Source: Bacteroidaceae bacterium
GTDB lineage: Bacteria; Bacillota_I; Bacilli_A; RFN20; CAG-826
DNA: 64,000 bases
NCBI GenBank assembly: GCA_963657885.1
Contig: CAVKNZ010000002.1
Location: forward strand, 3,775-67,774
Direction: 5' to 3'
Position 1 is the first letter of the stretch. Each line of letters opens with the position of its first letter. The notes under the pieces are model-generated. The model made no database searches. It was not told the DNA's origin and saw nothing but the letters and a program-made list of their open reading frames with translations. A program made the translations under genes and the position numbers. Shown here one piece after another: positions 18,643 through 27,977 of this stretch.

Positions 18643-19027
18643 AAATAATTTCTAAAATTTTATTAAAATCATTTGAGAGGGGATAATTAGCTATCTCCTT
18701 TTTCTTTAAAAAGAAAACTTTTCCTTCTAAGCTTGAATGGATTTCTCCTTTATATTCTCTAGCTATAAACAAAATGGAAAGATGTCTTTTATTATCTGGT
18801 GAATCATTCCATTCGATATAGCCAACGTTTTCTAGCTTACTAACATCTAAGCCAGTTTCTTCTTTCATTTCTCGAATTACTGCTTCAGTTATATTTTCAC
18901 TATCTTCGACATGACCGCCGGGAAATGTAAGACCTGGCCAATCTTTTTTATTTCGATATTCAAATAATAGTTCGCCATCTGAATTTAGCAAGGTGCACAT
19001 AACTGTAAGAACGATTTCTTTTTGCAT
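18629..19027 (-). CDS. NUDIX hydrolase
   Basis: Nudix box GGHVEDSENITEAVIREMKEETGL. 14-nt convergent overlap with proS. Confidence 0.85.
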   Translation of the reverse strand: MQKEIVLTVMCTLLNSDGELLFEYRNKKDWPGLTFPGGHVEDSENITEAVIREMKEETGLDVSKLENVGYIEWNDSPDNKRHLSILFIAREYKGEIHSSLEGKVFFLKKKEIANYPLSNDFNKILEIIFNKL

Positions 19028-19147
19028 AACTCTTTTATTTTACCCTATTCATCTTTTATAAAACTAGTGTTTTTTCAGAAGCTTTTTTCAACAATTTTTA
19101 TATCTACTTTTGCTATTTTCTTAACACCTTCTGTGTTATACAAAATC

Positions 19148-19173
19148 AAAAAAAGTGTCGATTTTATCGACAC
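19148..19173 (-). terminator. terminator after tRNA-Gly
   Basis: Minus strand: GTGTCGAT-aaa-ATCGACAC followed by U7. Confidence 0.75.
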
Positions 19174-19182
19174 AATTTCATG

Positions 19183-19256
19183 TGGAGCAGATGACGGGAA
19201 TCGAACCCGCATAATCAGCTTGGAAGGCTGATGTTCTACCACTGAACTACATCTGC
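19183..19256 (-). tRNA. tRNA-Gly (anticodon UCC)
   Basis: 74 nt. Acceptor GCAGATG/CATCTGC, anticodon stem TCAGC/GCTGA with loop CTTCCAA, encoded CCA. Confidence 0.9.
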
Positions 19257-19260
19257 ACTC

Positions 19261-19336
19261 TGGCGGACCATAGGGGGATCGAACCCCTGGTCTTCTCCGT
19301 GACAGGGAGACATGTTAACCGCTACACCAATGGTCC
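19261..19336 (-). tRNA. tRNA-Asp (anticodon GUC)
   Basis: 76 nt. Acceptor GGACCAT/ATGGTCC, anticodon stem TCTCC/GGAGA with loop CTGTCAC, encoded CCA. Confidence 0.9.
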
Positions 19337-19369
19337 CTTCGCGCTTTAAAAATATAGCACAACTATTTT

Positions 19370-19687
19370 TTATTTTAAAGTCGAATTTTTCGCGATGAAT
19401 TCTTTTAAGTGATTTAAAGGCATGTAACCTAGCGATTGATTAACTAATTTATTGTTTTTAAATAGCAGAAGTGTCGGTATTGACATCACGCGGAATTTAC
19501 GGGCAATATCAGGCAATTCATCGACGTCTATTTTTAAAACTTTGATGTCAACTTCTTTATCTAATTTTTCGATTTCCGGCGTCAACATATTGCATGGTCC
19601 GCACCAGGTGGCGTAAAAATCGACAAGAACTAAGCCTTCTTTGACCTCTTCATCGAAATTCATTTCTTTAGTTAAGTGGATAATCAT
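19370..19687 (-). CDS. trxA: thioredoxin
   Basis: 105 aa. WCGPC active site, AGGAG SD. Confidence 0.95.
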   Translation of the reverse strand: MIIHLTKEMNFDEEVKEGLVLVDFYATWCGPCNMLTPEIEKLDKEVDIKVLKIDVDELPDIARKFRVMSIPTLLLFKNNKLVNQSLGYMPLNHLKEFIAKNSTLK

Positions 19688-19704
19688 TTTCTTTGCTCCT
19701 TGTT

Positions 19705-20556
19705 CTATTTATATATTAGATAAAAGATGATAAATATGATAACGATGTGCAATGGAAAATACAAATAAGCGCCGTATTTAAACCATGCTTTATTGTAGCC
19801 TCGCTTGCCGTTATATATTAATAAGAATAGACAAGCACACATCGACCAAGTTTGAATTGAACTATTCCAGATATCTAAATTGCTATTTAAAGCTAATAGA
19901 TAAATAAGTAAATTAACAAGTAGCAAAAAGAAGCAATCTATTATATTTGTAACGGTCCTTATAGATGATTCGTCATCAACTAAATTGTTACTTTTAAGGA
20001 AGAGTTTTGATAATGAATTGGCGTAATAAAATCCTAACGTTAATAATAGCGAGATTAATGAATAACCAGGACGTAGATAAAAAGGAAAGAAAGTAGCGCT
20101 AACTTGACAACTTTTTTCATAGATTTGAATAGCAAAACTAAATAGCAAATAGGCGATTGGTAATATCGACAAAAACGAAAATTTATCTTTTCTTTTTAGT
20201 AGGTAAAGCATGACGGCACAAAGTGAAAGATCAATCAAAGGCGAATAAGCATTTTCGATGCTTTTATCGATGAAATAATAGATGATGATTTGCGATATCA
20301 TTAAAACGGTTGTTAAAATGCCGATTCTAAGTAAATATAATTTAGTATTTTTACTATGTAATATTCCTTCAACAAGCATGAGGATAAATAAAGGAAATGC
20401 CAGCCGACCAACAGAGCGGAACACTAACGCGACATTATTTATAACTTGATCAGTGTAAAAGGTTTGCATGAATACGCCGATATGGTCAAGTGTCATTAAA
20501 AAAAGAGCTATTATTTTTAAATAAAATTGGTCGAGAATTAAATGCCTATTTTTCAT
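19705..20556 (-). CDS. TraX-family membrane protein
   Basis: 283-aa polytopic protein. N-terminal LKIIALFLMTLDHIGVF is typical of the TraX family. Confidence 0.7.
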   Translation of the reverse strand: MKNRHLILDQFYLKIIALFLMTLDHIGVFMQTFYTDQVINNVALVFRSVGRLAFPLFILMLVEGILHSKNTKLYLLRIGILTTVLMISQIIIYYFIDKSIENAYSPLIDLSLCAVMLYLLKRKDKFSFLSILPIAYLLFSFAIQIYEKSCQVSATFFPFYLRPGYSLISLLLTLGFYYANSLSKLFLKSNNLVDDESSIRTVTNIIDCFFLLLVNLLIYLLALNSNLDIWNSSIQTWSMCACLFLLIYNGKRGYNKAWFKYGAYLYFPLHIVIIFIIFYLIYK

Positions 20557-21398
20557 TGTTGACTAGCAATGAGAATAATGGTTGATAAAACGCTCACTAA
20601 ATTGTTTGTGATATGAGCGCTTAGCGAAGCGGCAAAGCCATATTTTTCGTATAAAAAGCAGAATGTGAAAGCAGCAAAAATATAGTAAGGCATATTCAAA
20701 AATTCATTTGCTATTAAAGATGAATTATTGCTCGACAATGAGGCGAAATCGAAATGAATAAAAGCAAATACCACGATTGTTACTATGAATGCTAGATATT
20801 TATTAACTCTTCTTAAAGATGAATATAAGCCAATACGGTAGGTTATTTCTTCACAAACAGGACCAATAACACCAAAGATTATTACCGATAATATAGGATA
20901 AGCCTTGACGATGGATGTTATGCCAGATTCATTCGCGTTGTTACTAATTGATAAGCCTGAAACATTCAAAATAAAAGCATACATATAATTGAAAGCTAAG
21001 ATTGAAATATAGCCAATTATTGCAGCGACCGGGGCAACCCAGTTTTTAAATGTTTTTAATAGACGGATGTTATCTTTAAATAAGATTAGAACTAATATAG
21101 CGAATAAAACTGCATAGATTGAAAAATTCAAAATTGCACTTAATTCAACACTTTTTAAAAATGTAGCTAATTCATCTTTGCTATGAGTAGCGCCATAGAC
21201 AAGAGAAACGATTAGCTGAATAATAATTGAAATAACTTGTAAGCCAAATAAGCCGACGGCAAATAAAGTTAATTGCTTCCAAAGCGATAAAAACGTTACA
21301 CGGTTTGTTCTTTTTTTAACCAATGGCTCATCGCAATATGGACAAACCTCTTCGTGTTTATCAATCTCTTTAAAACAATTAGGACAGTTTTTCTTCAT
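20553..21398 (-). CDS. CPBP-family intramembrane glutamic endopeptidase with N-terminal zinc ribbon
   Basis: CPNC...CPYC ribbon, then TM segments with CPBP motifs EEITYR, FAFIH and HITNN. ATGA overlap with the traX-like gene. Confidence 0.75.
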   Translation of the reverse strand: MKKNCPNCFKEIDKHEEVCPYCDEPLVKKRTNRVTFLSLWKQLTLFAVGLFGLQVISIIIQLIVSLVYGATHSKDELATFLKSVELSAILNFSIYAVLFAILVLILFKDNIRLLKTFKNWVAPVAAIIGYISILAFNYMYAFILNVSGLSISNNANESGITSIVKAYPILSVIIFGVIGPVCEEITYRIGLYSSLRRVNKYLAFIVTIVVFAFIHFDFASLSSNNSSLIANEFLNMPYYIFAAFTFCFLYEKYGFAASLSAHITNNLVSVLSTIILIASQQ

Positions 21399-21448
21399 AA
21401 CTAAGTAAAGATTATATAATCTTCTTGTTAAATTGTATAATCATAATT

Positions 21449-22042
21449 ATGTTTACCATCTTAGAAAGAAATGAAGAATCATTCGTCGTTAACCGCAGCG
21501 AATTCATCGGCGTCGTTTTGCATGTGGATTCGACAGAACTTGTTAAACGTTATCTTGAAGAAATAAAAAAAGAATATCCAAAGGCTAAACATTATTGTTA
21601 TGCCTATATCATCGGTGATAAGCAAAAGGGTTTTGATGATGGTGAGCCGAATAAAACAGCAGGCAAACCATTGCTTGAATTATTGAAGAAAAAGGAACTA
21701 GATGAAGTTCTTTTAGTGGTAGTTCGCTATTTTGGCGGTGTGCTTTTAGGCGCCTCTAGATTATTAGGAGCTTATGTTGAGGCCGGAACTCGCACCCTTT
21801 CAACAAGCGATTTTGTTTCGATTAAAGAAAAATATATTTATAAAGCCAATTTATCGTATAAAGACTTCGAATCTTTAAAACGGATTAGTAAACTTGAGGA
21901 TATTTCATTTGAAAATATCCTTTATGAGAATAGAATTAGTGTGGACATTTTAATGGATGAGGATAAAGCTAGGCAAATTGCTGAAGACTTCCCACACATT
22001 GAAATGGAATTATATGGAAAAAAGAAAGTGTATGGTAAATGA
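21449..22042 (+). CDS. YigZ/IMPACT-family protein (UPF0029)
   Basis: YAYIIG...DDGEPNKTAGKPLL motif. ATG 21449 sits 7 nt after a TATAAT box. Confidence 0.8.
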   Translation: MFTILERNEESFVVNRSEFIGVVLHVDSTELVKRYLEEIKKEYPKAKHYCYAYIIGDKQKGFDDGEPNKTAGKPLLELLKKKELDEVLLVVVRYFGGVLLGASRLLGAYVEAGTRTLSTSDFVSIKEKYIYKANLSYKDFESLKRISKLEDISFENILYENRISVDILMDEDKARQIAEDFPHIEMELYGKKKVYGK

Positions 22043-23310
22043 ATATGATTGAACAAAGTGAATACATTATTAGAAGAGAAAATATGTTAAAGAAGTTAGA
22101 TAATGGGTCTATCGTTTTACTTTTTGCTGGACAAGGTCGAAAGAAAAGCGGAGATGAAAATTATCCATTTCAGCCAAATAGAAATTTCTATTATTTAACT
22201 GGCATAAAACAAGAAAATTCAGCATTGATGCTTGTGAAAGCTGATGGTGAAAGCGGTGCATTTTTATTCATCGATTATAAAGATCCTAATATTGAAAAAT
22301 GGACCGGCATTAAACTTAGTGATGAAGAAGCTCATAAGATTTCTGGAATTGACAATATTTTAGTTAGAACTGCATTGGACGCTAAAATTGATGTCGCCTT
22401 GAAAGATATGACATTTTTTGGCGATATCAAAAAAGTTTACCTCGATTTAGAAAAAGAATTAAAAATCGATGAATGCAAATCCACACATGAATTGATGATT
22501 GAATTAGCTAATAAATATTCAAACATCACCATTGAAGATGTTAATGATAAAGTTTTTGAACTTCGACTAGTTAAATCAAAAGCTGAAGTGGAAATGATTA
22601 AAGATGCGATAAAAACAACAGAAATTGGTTTAAATAACGTTTTAAAAGAATTGAGCGCAGGTCGATATGAATATAACATGCGCAATGTTTTTGAATTCCA
22701 TGTTCATGAAGATTTAGACGCAGGCTTAGCTTTTGATAGCATCGTTGCCGGCGGGAAAAATGCAACCATCTTGCATTATCCTGACGCCAAAGACTTGCTT
22801 CATGGAGGCGATTTAGTTCTTCTTGATGTCGGCGCGAGCAAAGATTATTACTGCGGTGATATATCTAGAACTTATCCAATAAGCGGAAAATATTCACCTC
22901 TACAAAAGAAGATTTATCAAATTGTTTTAGATTGCAATAAAGAGACAGCTAAGTTCTTTCGTCCAGGAATTACCTTAAAAGATGCTCAAGAATTTGCTAA
23001 AAACTTCCTCGCACAGGAATGTGTGGAGCAAGGATTATTAAAGACAAAAGAAGAAATTACTAATGTTTATTATCATGGTGTTTCTCATCATTTAGGCCTC
23101 GATACCCATGATGGACCTTTATCAACGAAAGAGATTCCACTTGTTCCTGGAAATGTCGTCACTTGTGAACCAGGACTATATTTTAAAGAATATGGCATCG
23201 GCGTTAGAATCGAAGATGATATTTTAATTACCGAAAAAGGCAGTGAAGTTTTATCTAAAGATATTATTAAAGAAATTAAAGATATTGAAAAAATCTTAAT
23301 TTCAAAATAG
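22039..23310 (+). CDS. Xaa-Pro aminopeptidase (M24 family)
   Basis: 423 aa. N-terminal creatinase-like domain. Pita-bread metal-ligand pattern including HGVSHHLGLDTHD, EPGLY and RIEDD. Confidence 0.85.
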   Translation: MNMIEQSEYIIRRENMLKKLDNGSIVLLFAGQGRKKSGDENYPFQPNRNFYYLTGIKQENSALMLVKADGESGAFLFIDYKDPNIEKWTGIKLSDEEAHKISGIDNILVRTALDAKIDVALKDMTFFGDIKKVYLDLEKELKIDECKSTHELMIELANKYSNITIEDVNDKVFELRLVKSKAEVEMIKDAIKTTEIGLNNVLKELSAGRYEYNMRNVFEFHVHEDLDAGLAFDSIVAGGKNATILHYPDAKDLLHGGDLVLLDVGASKDYYCGDISRTYPISGKYSPLQKKIYQIVLDCNKETAKFFRPGITLKDAQEFAKNFLAQECVEQGLLKTKEEITNVYYHGVSHHLGLDTHDGPLSTKEIPLVPGNVVTCEPGLYFKEYGIGVRIEDDILITEKGSEVLSKDIIKEIKDIEKILISK

Positions 23311-23336
23311 TTTCACTTAATAAAAAACATTCGATT

Positions 23337-23366
23337 AAAAGTAGCCATTTATTTGGCTATTTTTAA
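23337..23366 (+). terminator. rho-independent terminator after the aminopeptidase gene
   Basis: GTAGCCA-tttatt-TGGCTAT followed by TTTT. Confidence 0.65.
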
Positions 23367-23458
23367 GTTGTATTCCTTTAAGCAATCACCTAAACGGCGG
23401 ATGAGCAAAAATTAATTAACTTTTTAAAATTTTTACACGCGCGTACGCGAAATTTTGA

Positions 23459-23487
23459 TGGCAATTTAGAAAATTATGTTTGATAAT
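23459..23487 (+). promoter_or_regulatory. putative glpK promoter (leaderless geometry)
   Basis: TGGCAA, 17-nt spacer, GATAAT (23482-23487), then 7 nt to the ATG with no SD. Same architecture as upstream of gmk. Confidence 0.4.
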
Positions 23488-23494
23488 TGTTTAT

Positions 23495-24979
23495 ATGAAG
23501 AAGTACATTTTAGCCCTTGATCAAGGAACTACATCCTCTAGAGCCATCATTTTCGATGAATGTGGTCACAAAATTGCCCAAGCCAGTCGAGAAGTTGCTT
23601 GTCTTTATCCAGATGAAGGCTACGTCGAAGCTAATCCAATGGAAATTTGGATTTCTATTGTCGATGTCACTAATGAAGTCTTAATTAATTCCAATTTAAC
23701 ATGGAAAAGCATCGACTCTATCGGTATCACCAATCAAAGAGAAACAACTATTATTTGGGAAAAGAAGACCGGCAAGCCTGTCTACAATGCGATTGTTTGG
23801 CAGTCTAGACAATCTGCAAGCATATGCGACCAATATATTAACAAAAAAGATTTTATTCATAAAAAGACTGGTTTACTTTTAAATCCGTATTTTTCTGCAA
23901 GTAAGATTCGTTTTATTTTAGATCACATTCCTAACGGCCAAGAAAGAGCGGAAAATGGTGAACTTATGTTTGGCACAGTTGATAGCTGGCTAATTTATAA
24001 GATGACTAACGGTAAGAAACATTTAACTGATGTTAGCAATGCTTCTAGAACGATGTTATTTAATATAAACACGCTTAAATGGGATAAGTCATTACTAGAT
24101 TTATTTAATATTCCGAAAGTTATGCTTCCTCATGTCTGCGATTCGTCTTTTGATTATGGCGTAGCTTCTGCATTTAACAATCGTGTACATATTCTTGGAG
24201 TGGCTGGCGATCAGCAAGCTTCTTTGTTTGGCCATAACTGTTTTGGAAAAGGTCAATCTAAAAATACTTATGGAACAGGTTGTTTTATGCTTATGAACAT
24301 CGGCGATAAACCGATCTTATCTAAAAATGGGCTTTTAACCACAATTGCCTGGAGCATCGATAAAAAAGTTAGCTACGCTTTAGAAGGTTCGGTTTTTATC
24401 GGTGGAGCGGCGATTCAATGGCTTAGAGATGGCCTTAAAGTTATCTCTGACGCTGCTGATAGCGAGCATCAAGCTAAAAAAATATCTGATTCTATGGGCG
24501 TTTATTTAGTTCCAGCTTTCGTTGGACTTGGCACGCCTTATTGGGATGATGATGTTAAAGGAGCGATGTTTGGCATCACCCGTGCGACGACAAAAGCTCA
24601 TATTATTCGTGCAACATTAGAATCAATTGCTTACCAAAGCAAAGATGTTTTTGACATCATGGAAGAAGAATCCAATATAAAAATCAAATCGCTTCAAGTT
24701 GATGGAGGAGCTACTGCAAACAATATTCTTATGCAGTTCCAAAGTGATATTTTAAATATAAAAGTTTATAAGCCCGAATGCTTAGAGACGACCGCTTTAG
24801 GTGCCGCTTATCTTGCAGGACTAAAAAGTGGTTATTGGAAAAGCGTTGATGATATTTGTTCTTCTCATAGCTACAAGCAGACATATTCGCCGAATATGAG
24901 TAAAGAGGAAATTGCTAGAAGATATGCTGGTTGGAAAGAAGCTATTAAAGCGACGATGATGTTTAAACCTGGGAAATAA
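23495..24979 (+). CDS. glpK: glycerol kinase
   Basis: LALDQGTTSSR N-terminus, FGGY-family layout, about 495 aa. Confidence 0.95.
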   Translation: MKKYILALDQGTTSSRAIIFDECGHKIAQASREVACLYPDEGYVEANPMEIWISIVDVTNEVLINSNLTWKSIDSIGITNQRETTIIWEKKTGKPVYNAIVWQSRQSASICDQYINKKDFIHKKTGLLLNPYFSASKIRFILDHIPNGQERAENGELMFGTVDSWLIYKMTNGKKHLTDVSNASRTMLFNINTLKWDKSLLDLFNIPKVMLPHVCDSSFDYGVASAFNNRVHILGVAGDQQASLFGHNCFGKGQSKNTYGTGCFMLMNIGDKPILSKNGLLTTIAWSIDKKVSYALEGSVFIGGAAIQWLRDGLKVISDAADSEHQAKKISDSMGVYLVPAFVGLGTPYWDDDVKGAMFGITRATTKAHIIRATLESIAYQSKDVFDIMEEESNIKIKSLQVDGGATANNILMQFQSDILNIKVYKPECLETTALGAAYLAGLKSGYWKSVDDICSSHSYKQTYSPNMSKEEIARRYAGWKEAIKATMMFKPGK

Positions 24980-24981
24980 AA

Positions 24982-26064
24982 ATGAAAATTAGCAGAGAAC
25001 AATTCGATAAAATTTATCCTTTATTGCATATTGATGAAAGATTAAATAAGGATTTTATTTTCGATTGCCTTACATTTGCTTTAGAAGGAGCGGATGAGCT
25101 CATCAATAAAAATATATTTGGTAAAGTTGTTCCGTTAAACCCAGTTTCTTTATGCTTATATATCGCCCATGAATATGGCTATAATTTAAAACTTAATGAT
25201 TATAAATTAGACGAAAACGATGAACTTATGGAAAAAGTTGTTTCCATGTCACTTGATAAATATTTCACTAATGAACATCTTAATTTTGCTAATAAAGCTT
25301 CGATTACTAAATATGATCCAGAAATTTCTACATTGGCAACATATTTAAACTTTGTATTAAACGTCTTATCAAAAGTGAGTAGGCGCAATCCTAGCGAAAC
25401 ACTTATTGTCGATGTGCTTTATAAAGCCTTTTCAATGTCAAAAGCTATAATTGAATTGCTTGATGATGGATTTGAAACTGAAGCCTTTTCTACATGGAGA
25501 ACGCTTCATGAATCTGAATGCGTTTTAGCTTTATTAGTTAAATATGACAAAGATATTCGTAATGCCTATTTAAAACACATCAATTATATGATGGCTTTTA
25601 GAGGCATTATCGCCGACAAAGATAAGGTGGATCAAATCTTTGTGGAAATTAAAGATGAGATGAAAGCCTTATCTTTAAAGAGCAAAGATATGAAAAAATA
25701 CATCGAATATGGATGGCTAACTGCTATTCCTAATTATTTAGATGTTGAACAATTCAAATTTAATTTCCGCGATGGAGTTGAACGGCTTGCTGGTTTAAGT
25801 CAATATTCTAAGACTTATGAGATGGCAAGTGAAATTGCTCATAGCTCACCAGTTCTTATTTATTCAAAGAGTACTTTCTTTTATCAAATTACTTTGATTA
25901 ATTTATATGAATCGTTTTTTAGATTAGAAGTTATTTTCTCTAATATTTATAAAGCCATTGCAAGCGAAGAGGAATATTCGCGTTTCCTCACTATGAAAAA
26001 TATTTATTATCGAAACTTGATGGTAATTTATGAATATTCTAAAAAGAATTTTAAAGGTCAATAG
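24982..26064 (+). CDS. hypothetical helical protein coupled to glpK
   Basis: 360-aa ORF starting 2 nt after the glpK stop. No motif I can assign confidently, only a weak resemblance to DUF5677-type helical proteins around AIIELLDDGFETEAFSTWRTLHES. Confidence 0.6.
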   Translation: MKISREQFDKIYPLLHIDERLNKDFIFDCLTFALEGADELINKNIFGKVVPLNPVSLCLYIAHEYGYNLKLNDYKLDENDELMEKVVSMSLDKYFTNEHLNFANKASITKYDPEISTLATYLNFVLNVLSKVSRRNPSETLIVDVLYKAFSMSKAIIELLDDGFETEAFSTWRTLHESECVLALLVKYDKDIRNAYLKHINYMMAFRGIIADKDKVDQIFVEIKDEMKALSLKSKDMKKYIEYGWLTAIPNYLDVEQFKFNFRDGVERLAGLSQYSKTYEMASEIAHSSPVLIYSKSTFFYQITLINLYESFFRLEVIFSNIYKAIASEEEYSRFLTMKNIYYRNLMVIYEYSKKNFKGQ

Positions 26065-26069
26065 GTTTT

Positions 26070-26090
26070 CGAACAATCTAAGATTGTTCG
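26070..26090 (+). terminator. hairpin after the 24982-26064 gene
   Basis: CGAACAATC-taa-GATTGTTCG perfect 9-bp stem. The following T-tract is weak. Confidence 0.45.
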
Positions 26091-26130
26091 TTGATTAAAT
26101 ACATCTAAATATATCCAAAATTTAGCAAAT

Positions 26131-26162
26131 AAAAGGCCCGCGAATAAGCGGGCACATTTTTT
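26131..26162. terminator. bidirectional rho-independent terminator
   Basis: GCCCGC-gaataa-GCGGGC flanked by AAAAG upstream and a T-run downstream, between convergent genes. Confidence 0.7.
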
Positions 26163-26167
26163 ATTTA

Positions 26168-27808
26168 TTAGTCAGCGTAGCAGCTTCCTCCGATGAATTC
26201 GCGCATAAGTGAGTTGCATGGAACCCATTCATCTGGCATATCATCGAAGTATTTAAGCATTCTTATTAAGCGTTCTGCGATTGGGAAATACGGATCAAAT
26301 TGGTCAATCGCGGTGAGCAATGGCATCGCGTATTTCTTCATGACGCATAATTCGTATGAAAGCATGGAATTGTATACATAATCTGCGCCTTCTTGAGTGT
26401 CATAAATCCATTTGAATTCGCCTCGACGAACGCTTGGCCACATCGACATTGTCTCTTCTGCGCTGGCAGCTCGGAATTTGAAGTCGCGAACAATGCGGCG
26501 AAGAAGTCTTAAGTCGGTGATAGAAATTGGATTGGTATTATCAAGATTAATCTGCGCTTGAGGAGCGATAAAGATTTTGAATTTTTGATGCTTTGGAATA
26601 AGTGTAGTCATTCTTTCGTTCAATGCGTGAATGCCTTCAATGATAATAGGTTCATTTTCACCTACACGAAGAATTCTGCCTGGAACGCGTTTACCAATTT
26701 TGAAATCAAATTTAGGAAGTTGAACAGTTTTTCCAGAAATTAAATCGAGCATATCTTTATTAAATAATTCAATGTCGAGAGCTTCGATGCTTTCTAAATC
26801 TGGTTTACCATCTTCATCTTTCGGCGCTAGTGTCTTCGGCAAGTAATAATCATCGATTGAGATTCTAATCGGCTTAATTCCGCGACTGAGCAATTCGATT
26901 CTTAATCTGTTAGCAAAAGTCGTTTTGCCTGATGATGATGGACCGGCGATGCAGATGAGACGGATATTTGAAATATCACTTTCGATTAAATCGCCTAAAT
27001 GTGAGAGCATGCGGTTGTGGCGGGCTTCACATAATTGGATGAAATCGATGACACCATCTTGTTTGATATGTTCGTTGATGCCTGCAACTGAATCTGCCCC
27101 CGCAATTTTGCCCCAGGCGTGCGATTCTTTTAGTGTTTTTCCAAATGTTGGAGCATCGACGAATTCAGGAATTGTTCCTCCGCATTCCGCACGAGGATAT
27201 TGTAAGATGATGCCCGGTTGATAAAGACGAACTTTAAATTCTTTTAAGTAACCTGTTGAAGGCACCATGTGGGAGAACATGTAGTTTAAATAACCGTCGC
27301 AGTCGTATAAATGAACTGTCTTTTCTGGACGATATTTCAAAATATCTAATTTATCTTCTAAGTCATTTTGCTTATATATTTCTTTTGCTTCTTCGTTAGA
27401 AACAACAAAACGCTTAAGGGGATAATCGGCGTCGACGATGCGACGCATCTCTTTTTCAATTTTATTGACCATATCTAAATCGCTAGATTTCTTGGTATTT
27501 GTAAGCTGAATGAATATTGAACGAGAAACGTTATAGCAAAGTCTAATTTTCAATTCGGGATAGATCTTATGAAAAGCCATCGCTGTGACAAAGCGAAGTG
27601 AAGCTTCATAAATCTTCGTTGCATCATTATCTTTAACTGTTAAAAATTCAACAGTCGCGTCGTAATAGACCTCATAGGTGAGCTCGCGAACGCGATTGTT
27701 GACTCTTGCACAGATGATAGATTTATCATTATTTTCGATTAAGTCTAATAATTTAACCTTTTTATCGAATTCTTTTTCTTGTCCTAAATACTTTAATTTA
27801 AATGACAT
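26168..27808 (-). CDS. TGS/ThrRS-SAD-like domain fused to a uridine kinase-family P-loop kinase
   Basis: 546 aa. P-loop IAGPSSSGKTTFANRL in the C-terminal half (Udk/PRK family), N-terminal about 250 aa TGS-like. GGAGG SD. Confidence 0.7.
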   Translation of the reverse strand: MSFKLKYLGQEKEFDKKVKLLDLIENNDKSIICARVNNRVRELTYEVYYDATVEFLTVKDNDATKIYEASLRFVTAMAFHKIYPELKIRLCYNVSRSIFIQLTNTKKSSDLDMVNKIEKEMRRIVDADYPLKRFVVSNEEAKEIYKQNDLEDKLDILKYRPEKTVHLYDCDGYLNYMFSHMVPSTGYLKEFKVRLYQPGIILQYPRAECGGTIPEFVDAPTFGKTLKESHAWGKIAGADSVAGINEHIKQDGVIDFIQLCEARHNRMLSHLGDLIESDISNIRLICIAGPSSSGKTTFANRLRIELLSRGIKPIRISIDDYYLPKTLAPKDEDGKPDLESIEALDIELFNKDMLDLISGKTVQLPKFDFKIGKRVPGRILRVGENEPIIIEGIHALNERMTTLIPKHQKFKIFIAPQAQINLDNTNPISITDLRLLRRIVRDFKFRAASAEETMSMWPSVRRGEFKWIYDTQEGADYVYNSMLSYELCVMKKYAMPLLTAIDQFDPYFPIAERLIRMLKYFDDMPDEWVPCNSLMREFIGGSCYAD

Positions 27809-27977
27809 TTTTTGACCTCCAAGTTAACGAAATTAAATATATATGAAAGCGCTTAAATATTCAAGGATATAAACTCTTAAATAGTTCACAAATATTATTT
27901 TAATATATTCTCTTTTTATATAAATAATTATATAGATCTATGCATTGAAGGTATAATTTAAAAGAAGAATTTTTTAT

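Noticed and set aside
22040-22042. Possibility that the organism uses the Mycoplasma/Spiroplasma code (TGA = Trp).
   Set aside because: TGA terminates yigZ, glgD, rsgA, rpe, the CPBP gene and others exactly at family-typical C-termini, often as ATGA junctions with the next gene. Conserved Trp positions (for example WCGPC in trxA) are encoded by TGG.
23459-23464. TGGCAA / TGGCGT elements upstream of glpK and gmk, considered as sigma-54 (-24 TGGCAC) promoters.
   Set aside because: There is no GC element at the -12 spacing (TGGCAC-N5-TTGCW). A good sigma-70 -10 box sits 17 nt downstream. The element is better read as a weak -35.
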